DNA of 64,000 nucleotides from an uncultured Bacteroidia bacterium (GTDB lineage Bacteria > Bacteroidota > Bacteroidia > NS11-12g > UBA9320): positions 1,991,073 to 2,055,072 of the forward strand of contig OX044357.1 in assembly GCA_943846675.1 (NCBI GenBank), given 5' to 3'. The translations under genes and the position numbers were made by a program. Below the pieces are notes generated by a model. It saw nothing but the letters and a program-made list of their open reading frames with translations, was not told the DNA's origin and made no database searches. Numbering within the stretch: the first letter of the stretch is position 1; each line of letters begins with the position of its first letter. Positions 59,825-64,000 of the stretch are shown here, one piece after another.

Positions 59825-61414
59825 TTATAAAAATGATGGTTCGATTCTGCTCCTCGCTACTAAAGCGGAATACGAGTAATTATCACTTGTATTCCGCTTT
59901 TCCTTTTTAGTGAAGTTGCTTGCTATTACTAAGATACAAGAGATTGCTGGATTCAAATTAGAGGTTCGATAATTGGTTTTTTCTCGGTTTACCAATATTC
60001 CCTCTGGATAAACTGCATTGAGCATTCCTTTCTTATTCTCAATATTTGATTTCTCCCATATTTTCAGAAGGTTAGCTAACGTTTTAACAGTATTCTTAGA
60101 GAGATCCTTGTGGTTCGATAATGAAATATCGGTTTTTGCTAGTTCTCGGTTTAATTCATCTAATTGACCTTGATATTTGGTCTTATACTTTTGATATAAG
60201 CTACCATCTATTTCTCCTAGCACGAATCGCTCTTCGATTGCTTCTATTTTTTTGTTGAGTTCAGTTTGTTTCTGTTTAAGTGGTTTTACCTCTATAGTTT
60301 GATCGACCTTCTTTGATTCAAGCAGATTATTAAACTCTTTGACTATTGGTGCAATGAACTTTTTGTCAATCTTTAAGCCTTCAAGTTGTTCCTCCCACTT
60401 TTGATGCAAGACTTTTGCACTTTTGTTATGTTTACACCCTATGGTGTTGCATTTGTAATACCATAGGTTTTTACGTTTAACTAAATACCCAGTCATAAAG
60501 GTATCGCATTCTGCACATTTTAAATGACCTCTCAGCACTACGTCTTCTCTGAATTTCTCATTCACCCTAGTTCTATTTTTTCGTTTACTATCTAACGCTC
60601 CATTGAGTAGTAGAAACTCACGTTTCGAAAGCAGGGCTTCATGGTTTCCTTTGACTACTTCTCCCTCAAGGGCACTGTGAGCCATAAATCCACAATAAAA
60701 AACGTTTCTGGCCAGTTCTGATAGTCGTTTATTAGTTACTTTTATTCCTCTTTGGTTTAACCAAGTTGCAAGATCCTTAAAGGATACATCGAGCCTTATC
60801 TTCTTTCTAAATGCTTTCTGAAGTAATAACCCTCGTTCATTGATGACTATTTCCTTTTTGCCATTTCTCTTGATTGATTCATATCCAAGTGGTGGCTGTG
60901 TTACCCAATCACCTTGAAGCAGTTTATCTTTCGTTCCAGCCATGCACTTTTCACGCCGTTGCTGGTTTTCGTATTGAGAAAAGACCAAGTATATGTTTTG
61001 TTGAAGTTCTCCTGAGGCACTTAACGCATCCTTTATAGGTTGTGTTACCGACATTATACTTATGTTCAGTTTTCGTAGCTGATCTGATATGTAAACAGCA
61101 TTTGGACCTGACCTAGAGAATCGATCTATTGAATAGACTAGAATAGTGTCGACCTTATGGCGTTTTACATAAGCAAGCATTTTGTTAAACTCTATCCGTT
61201 CATCAGTCTTTGCACTTTCATAGGTTCCACCGAACTCCTTATCAATATGTAGATTGTTCTTTTCAGCATACAGATTGATGTGCTTAATCTGGGTCTTTAA
61301 GCTGTGGTTGTTGTCAGCTTGCTCCTTTGTTGATACCCTAGTATAGGCCACTGCTGTTTTGGCAACTCGGTTAATGGTTGACTGGCCTTTGGCAAATTGG
61401 TTAAGTTGAGACAT
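59825..61414 (-). CDS. Large serine recombinase (resolvase + recombinase + Zn ribbon + coiled coil)
   Basis: AYTRVSTKEQ (catalytic Ser), DRFSR, PLGY, N.FYCG, HEALLS, CAEC...YYKC. Confidence 0.93.
   Translation of the reverse strand: MSQLNQFAKGQSTINRVAKTAVAYTRVSTKEQADNNHSLKTQIKHINLYAEKNNLHIDKEFGGTYESAKTDERIEFNKMLAYVKRHKVDTILVYSIDRFSRSGPNAVYISDQLRKLNISIMSVTQPIKDALSASGELQQNIYLVFSQYENQQRREKCMAGTKDKLLQGDWVTQPPLGYESIKRNGKKEIVINERGLLLQKAFRKKIRLDVSFKDLATWLNQRGIKVTNKRLSELARNVFYCGFMAHSALEGEVVKGNHEALLSKREFLLLNGALDSKRKNRTRVNEKFREDVVLRGHLKCAECDTFMTGYLVKRKNLWYYKCNTIGCKHNKSAKVLHQKWEEQLEGLKIDKKFIAPIVKEFNNLLESKKVDQTIEVKPLKQKQTELNKKIEAIEERFVLGEIDGSLYQKYKTKYQGQLDELNRELAKTDISLSNHKDLSKNTVKTLANLLKIWEKSNIENKKGMLNAVYPEGILVNREKTNYRTSNLNPAISCILVIASNFTKKEKRNTSDNYSYSALVARSRIEPSFL
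59839..59862 (+). repeat. att core copy 2 (displaced tRNA-Met 3' end)
   Basis: Exact 24-bp match to 47928-47951. Confidence 0.93.
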
Positions 61415-61456
61415 GTTTTTTACTTTTTTTTGTGTCGTTTGGTTCTTGTTCTAAAA

Positions 61457-61594
61457 TTAATTCATTTGGTGCAGAATGTTAGCCATTTGTTTAATAAACA
61501 ATAAGCTTTCATTCAGCTGGTTTTCATTCATGGTTTCAAATCCAGGGTACGTTTTAAGTTCCTCGATTGTTAATCCAGTGTTTGGCTTTTTCAT
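61457..61594 (-). CDS. Small 45-aa protein upstream of the serine recombinase (not in ORF track)
   Basis: Hand translation: MKKPNTGLTIEELKTYPGFETMNENQLNESLLFIKQMANILHQMN*. Confidence 0.65.
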   Translation of the reverse strand: MKKPNTGLTIEELKTYPGFETMNENQLNESLLFIKQMANILHQMN

Positions 61595-61679
61595 GAGCGC
61601 TCTGGATGTGCCTTTGACCGGTGTTTCCGTATGTCATTGGCAAATGGTTGGTTTGGTTTGAGTTATTCAATACCAGTTA

Positions 61680-62636
61680 TTAATCATTGTGTCTTTTACG
61701 AAATTGGTACTCATATAATATCGTTTTACCATCATAGGTTTTCATTTCTAGCTTGACGTGCTTTTTATTATAGAGCATAGCAACGATATCATTTAATTCT
61801 TCGGTTGTTGCTGTCCCCTTATATGTGAATATAAGATCCTTATTATCGGATTTTTTGTCGAACATGATTTTTAACTCAGAGACCGTCCCTTGCCTTAATG
61901 CTTTCAGCACTTCAAGCTCTACTGGCTTAAGTACATTTAGTCCTTCAATTTTTTGATGGTAACTTGGGTCCTCGACTAACTTGTATAGGTATTTTCTAAA
62001 TGATATTACCAAAACTGGTTCGTAATTGAACTGCTCTATAATTAAGCTGTAGTGTTGATTTATGCCATTTATTAGGCCAGCTTCATCTGGTTGATACAGC
62101 TCAAATTCTCCATAGTTATTTATAACCAGTGACAAGTTGGCGCCAGACCAAAGCACATATATTACACAAAGGTTAAACAAGGAGACATTGTTTTCAAGAG
62201 CCGCTTGCATTTTAGCTGGTTGCTTGGTCCATTCATTTTTGATGGCTTCATTAAAATCATCGAGGTCAATGTCTTTTGATTCACAATATTCAATAGCCTC
62301 AGGTGTTAAAGTACGATCTTCATTGAATGTTAAACTGGTTTGACTTGAAACTTTGAACAATTCGTTCTTCAGTTTTTCAATTGCCTCTATAGGGTAACCC
62401 GAAGCTCGCAAGTCGTTTATGACTTGCACCCAAAAATATTCGACAACATTTAAATTTACCCGTCTACCGACATTTCTAAAAGGGATCAGGTTCATTTTCT
62501 TCCAGTGTGAGAATACTCGGGAAGAAACACCTAGTTCTGAAATCGAAAAAGTCTCTTGGTCTAAGTTATCTAGCAGTAAAATCATTGCCCAATAATCAGG
62601 TAGAATTTTTTTGATGTCGAAATTAGCGTAGGTCAT
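61680..62636 (-). CDS. Protein with N-terminal MerR-like HTH
   Basis: FSISELGVSSRVFSHWKKMNLI...W..VI..LR..G..I..I..LK; TACCTTTG box at 62641-62648. Confidence 0.7.
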   Translation of the reverse strand: MTYANFDIKKILPDYWAMILLLDNLDQETFSISELGVSSRVFSHWKKMNLIPFRNVGRRVNLNVVEYFWVQVINDLRASGYPIEAIEKLKNELFKVSSQTSLTFNEDRTLTPEAIEYCESKDIDLDDFNEAIKNEWTKQPAKMQAALENNVSLFNLCVIYVLWSGANLSLVINNYGEFELYQPDEAGLINGINQHYSLIIEQFNYEPVLVISFRKYLYKLVEDPSYHQKIEGLNVLKPVELEVLKALRQGTVSELKIMFDKKSDNKDLIFTYKGTATTEELNDIVAMLYNKKHVKLEMKTYDGKTILYEYQFRKRHND

Positions 62637-62979
62637 ACTTCAAAGGTAATAAAACATTAGTATATTACATAAATGTAATTCACTTAACACTCTCGTGTAT
62701 TGGAGCAATTGACTCCAATATGTCTAATGTGGATTTAGAAGGTTATGTTGCACTGGCAGAAGGAAGAGGTATGGGCCCTATTAATATTCAACGATATCGT
62801 TAATCCAGATTTTATAAATTATCAAATACCAACACCTTGGCTTTTCAGTTTTTTCGAGGTGATCCATCGAAAAAATTAAAGGGTTGTGCAGTTGCCAAAC
62901 ATGTTGAATTGACCACTAAATAGAAATCAAGAAGTTACATTAGTTAATACAAGGCTGCTTCCCTTTACCTCGAAGAATC

Positions 62980-63384
62980 CTAATTAATTGTGTTAAGTAG
63001 ATTATCAACTTTAGAGCTTTGACCCTTCATGTGCTTGAGAATAGCATCTAATTTATCACTTAGGACAAATTGATTCTTTGCTAAATCCTTTTGGTTTCTT
63101 ACTATGTCTTTAGGTGAATTGCCTTCAGCCAATTGAATCAAATGTTGACTCCACAATGCCAAACCACTACCCACTGAACTAGAAACTACATCAGACCTAA
63201 AGGACTTGGATCCAGATATAGGTTCAAGTTGTGGTTTCTTTGTTATTTGCTTTTTTGGCTGATTCATTGCCCAATGTCCAGATCGACATCTTGTGGAACA
63301 GAATTTCTGATTGGCTCGTCGCTTTACATGCGGTTCACCACAATGTGCACATTGATAATACCTATTGAATTTGGTTTTGGTCAT
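62980..63384 (-). CDS. Hypothetical Zn-finger protein
   Basis: CAHCG...QKFCSTRCR; TACATTTG box at 63400-63407. Confidence 0.7.
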   Translation of the reverse strand: MTKTKFNRYYQCAHCGEPHVKRRANQKFCSTRCRSGHWAMNQPKKQITKKPQLEPISGSKSFRSDVVSSSVGSGLALWSQHLIQLAEGNSPKDIVRNQKDLAKNQFVLSDKLDAILKHMKGQSSKVDNLLNTIN

Positions 63385-63701
63385 GGTTTATTATTTGAAC
63401 AAATGTAATACAATTACTTCGTTATACGTAAATATAACGTTTTATTTACGGTATCAAACTAATTAATAGGGTTAATTAGGTATAGATTCATAAAATTGAC
63501 ACCATTATAAATTATCGTACTTACTACTGTTAGTATTTGGCGAAGTGTAATTGGTTTTTAGTTAAATTTAAGAACTATAGCATCAAACTTTTGGTATTGT
63601 TTAGCTTGTAACCAAAGAGATCATGACCCAACCCCTGAACCTTATTAATCATTCTAATTGGATAAACGTTTCTCAAAACTGAAAATTATCTTGCGACTCC
63701 G

Positions 63702-64000
63702 ATGCAATTAGTTCGTATCAAAAAGTTATTGTCCATTTTTTTTGTTGTTCTTGTCCTTGTTTCCACAACGGGTCTTGCAGTAGACTCACATATGTGCCAA
63801 GGAGAGTTAAAAAGTATTGCCCTTTTTTGTGAAGCTACAGAATGCCCCAATTGCCCTGAAAACACGTTGAACAAAACAGATTCTGACGAATCTTTACAAA
63901 TAAAAAAGAAAAGTTGCTGTGAGAACCATCATTCGTTTTTCAAGTCCGATTTTCAATGTGACAATACATCATATTCTGTCCATTTTCGTTATTTAACCAT
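63702..64000 (+). CDS. HYC_CC_PP-family protein, partial (runs off window)
   Basis: Hand translation: MQLVRIKKLLSIFFVVLVLVSTTGLAVDSHMCQGEL...C..C...KKSCCENH. Confidence 0.7.
   Translation, partial: MQLVRIKKLLSIFFVVLVLVSTTGLAVDSHMCQGELKSIALFCEATECPNCPENTLNKTDSDESLQIKKKSCCENHHSFFKSDFQCDNTSYSVHFRYLT

Larger units (their letters stand above)
47952..59862. mobile_element. ~11.9-kb tyrosine-integrase island in tRNA-Met (satellite-like core plus cargo)
   Basis: 24-bp att direct repeat, integrase and excisionase next to the distal att, internal 19-bp end repeats. Confidence 0.88.

Noticed and set aside
62718-62880. Short plus-strand reading MSNVDLEGYVALAEGRG...
   Set aside because: Stops after ~27 codons and is not recognisable; possibly a remnant but unsupported.
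54188-62964. Shared 13-mer AGGCTGCTTCCCT at 54188-54200 and 62952-62964, each downstream of a small minus-strand gene
   Set aside because: A single 13-bp match is plausible by chance in this much sequence, and it does not extend.
47952-64000. Prophage or conjugative ICE
   Set aside because: No recognisable capsid, portal, large terminase, tail, lysis, relaxase or tra genes.

Overview
64 kb of a Bacteroidota chromosome, supported by T9SS/gliding genes (gldK, porP, porT), CTD-bearing substrates and many TAnnTTTG -7 promoter boxes. Positions ~1-47.6 kb are mostly core genes: recF, rpe, pdhA, ribH, trpS, truA, rnr, nth, sucC, tgt, ubiE, yihA, rsmG and a GDP-heptose cluster. Embedded oddities are 7-mer/8-mer intergenic repeat arrays with a 212-bp tandem duplication; a pseudo-caspase + His-less TPR kinase + NarL regulator module behind a perfect 7-2-7 operator; and a NoeA/NoeB-like kinase-methyltransferase/phosphotransferase/small-peptide cassette. 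From tRNA-Met(CAT) at 47875 onward the DNA is accessory. An ~11.9-kb island bounded by a 24-bp att direct repeat carries a satellite-like core (int-xis-wHTH-Zn finger-TerS-like), two IS3 copies, T9SS cargo and an attC-like cassette. It is followed by a second element whose large serine recombinase C-terminus is encoded by the antisense strand of the tRNA att sequence. All family calls come from motif recognition by eye; no database searches were run.
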